A stretch of DNA of 64,000 bases from Eledone cirrhosa. Lineage: Eukaryota. Below, in pieces: positions 63,133 through 64,000 of the stretch. The notes beneath the pieces are model-generated. The model did not search any database. It saw nothing but the letters and a program-made list of their open reading frames with translations, and was not told where the DNA came from. Position 1 is the stretch's first letter, and each line of letters begins with the position of its first letter. The position numbers were made by a program, and so were the translations under genes. The stretch covers positions 244,404,001 through 244,468,000 of the forward strand of contig OZ024740.1 in the NCBI GenBank assembly GCA_964016885.1, in the 5' to 3' direction.

Positions 63133-63714
63133 CTTCCTCTATATCTATTTCTCACTTCCTCTTTCATTTTTTTGCTTTTCTCTGGAGGAAAACAGCAGTT
63201 ACAGGTTTATACATATCCAATTTTAAGAGGCAACTAAAAGGTTGGTATGAAGTATGAAGACTTTCATGGGACCCACACAGCTAATTGCTGTTTTAGCAGA
63301 GAAAATGTTTTTAAAATGCTAGCTGCATGGATAAAGATATGCTGCCATTGTTTTGTATAGTTAGATAAATGAACATTAAAATATATTATTGGGGGAAAAA
63401 ATGGTCATGCCTTTGATTATAGGTCTTGCTTGATTAGGGCTGACCATGGGTTAAATAACAACAATAACAACACATTTACTATTTAAGTGCAGTACATTGC
63501 AGCAACACCTGGATTAACACACAGACAATTAACATTGCAAGTGATTAACATAATCAGGTAGACATTGCTAGCTGTAATATTCATTAATAGTTATAGGCCT
63601 AATTAATTTATTTATATCTACAGAAATGATCTGCCAAATTTGACAATAAACAATAACAATGATACAAACATGACCGGTGAGTTATGAAGTGAAAGACAAG
63701 TTCAATCTATGATG

Positions 63715-63972
63715 ATGGGGAGTGAGTGAGAGAGAGGGTGGGTTAGGATGAGTAAGTGGGTGAGTGCATGGGTTTGGGTGAGTGGGAGTGTTTGGTGAGA
63801 GAGTAAGAGACTGGATGGGTTTCAATAAATGAGTGTGTGTGTGTTTGGGTGAGTGTATGGGTTTGGGTGAGTGCATGGGTTTGGGTGAGTGAGTGTGTGG
63901 GTGAGTGCATGGCTTTGGAAGAGTGAGTGGGTGAGTGCATGGCTTTGGGTGAATGAGTGAGTGATAAGTGAG
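63715..63972. repeat. G/T-rich simple repeat (gggtgagtgcatgggttt)-like
   Basis: Direct inspection. Confidence 0.85.
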
Positions 63973-64000
63973 CAAGAAAATAAGCAAAGAGACTGTGACT

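Overview
AT-rich eukaryotic genomic DNA made almost entirely of nested, decayed transposable elements separated by (TA)n, (CA)n and (GAT)n microsatellites. The repeat content suggests a cephalopod, probably Octopus (inference). No intact host protein-coding gene can be supported. Retroelements present are many RTE-clade LINE copies (APE+RT, with a C4HC3 PHD-like finger inside the RT region and a (GAT)n tail), at least three tRNA-derived SINE families, a CR1-group LINE, R4/Dong-like and Hero-like RLE elements, a 5S rRNA-derived copy with an RTE-type tail, and several Penelope-like element (PLE) remnants with GIY-YIG endonuclease fragments. DNA elements present are a Chapaev3-type CMC transposon, non-autonomous Helitrons, an Hsmar2-like mariner, a DD37D (maT) element and TTAA-ended MITEs. 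The most notable signal, invisible in the ORF track, is about ten minimal type I hammerhead ribozyme motifs: one essentially intact (28404-28458, minus strand), the rest degenerate or partial. Several sit in the arms of fold-back (inverted pseudo-LTR) structures next to (TA)n tracts. All calls were made by eye; boundaries of old repeats are approximate and family names need Dfam/Repbase confirmation.
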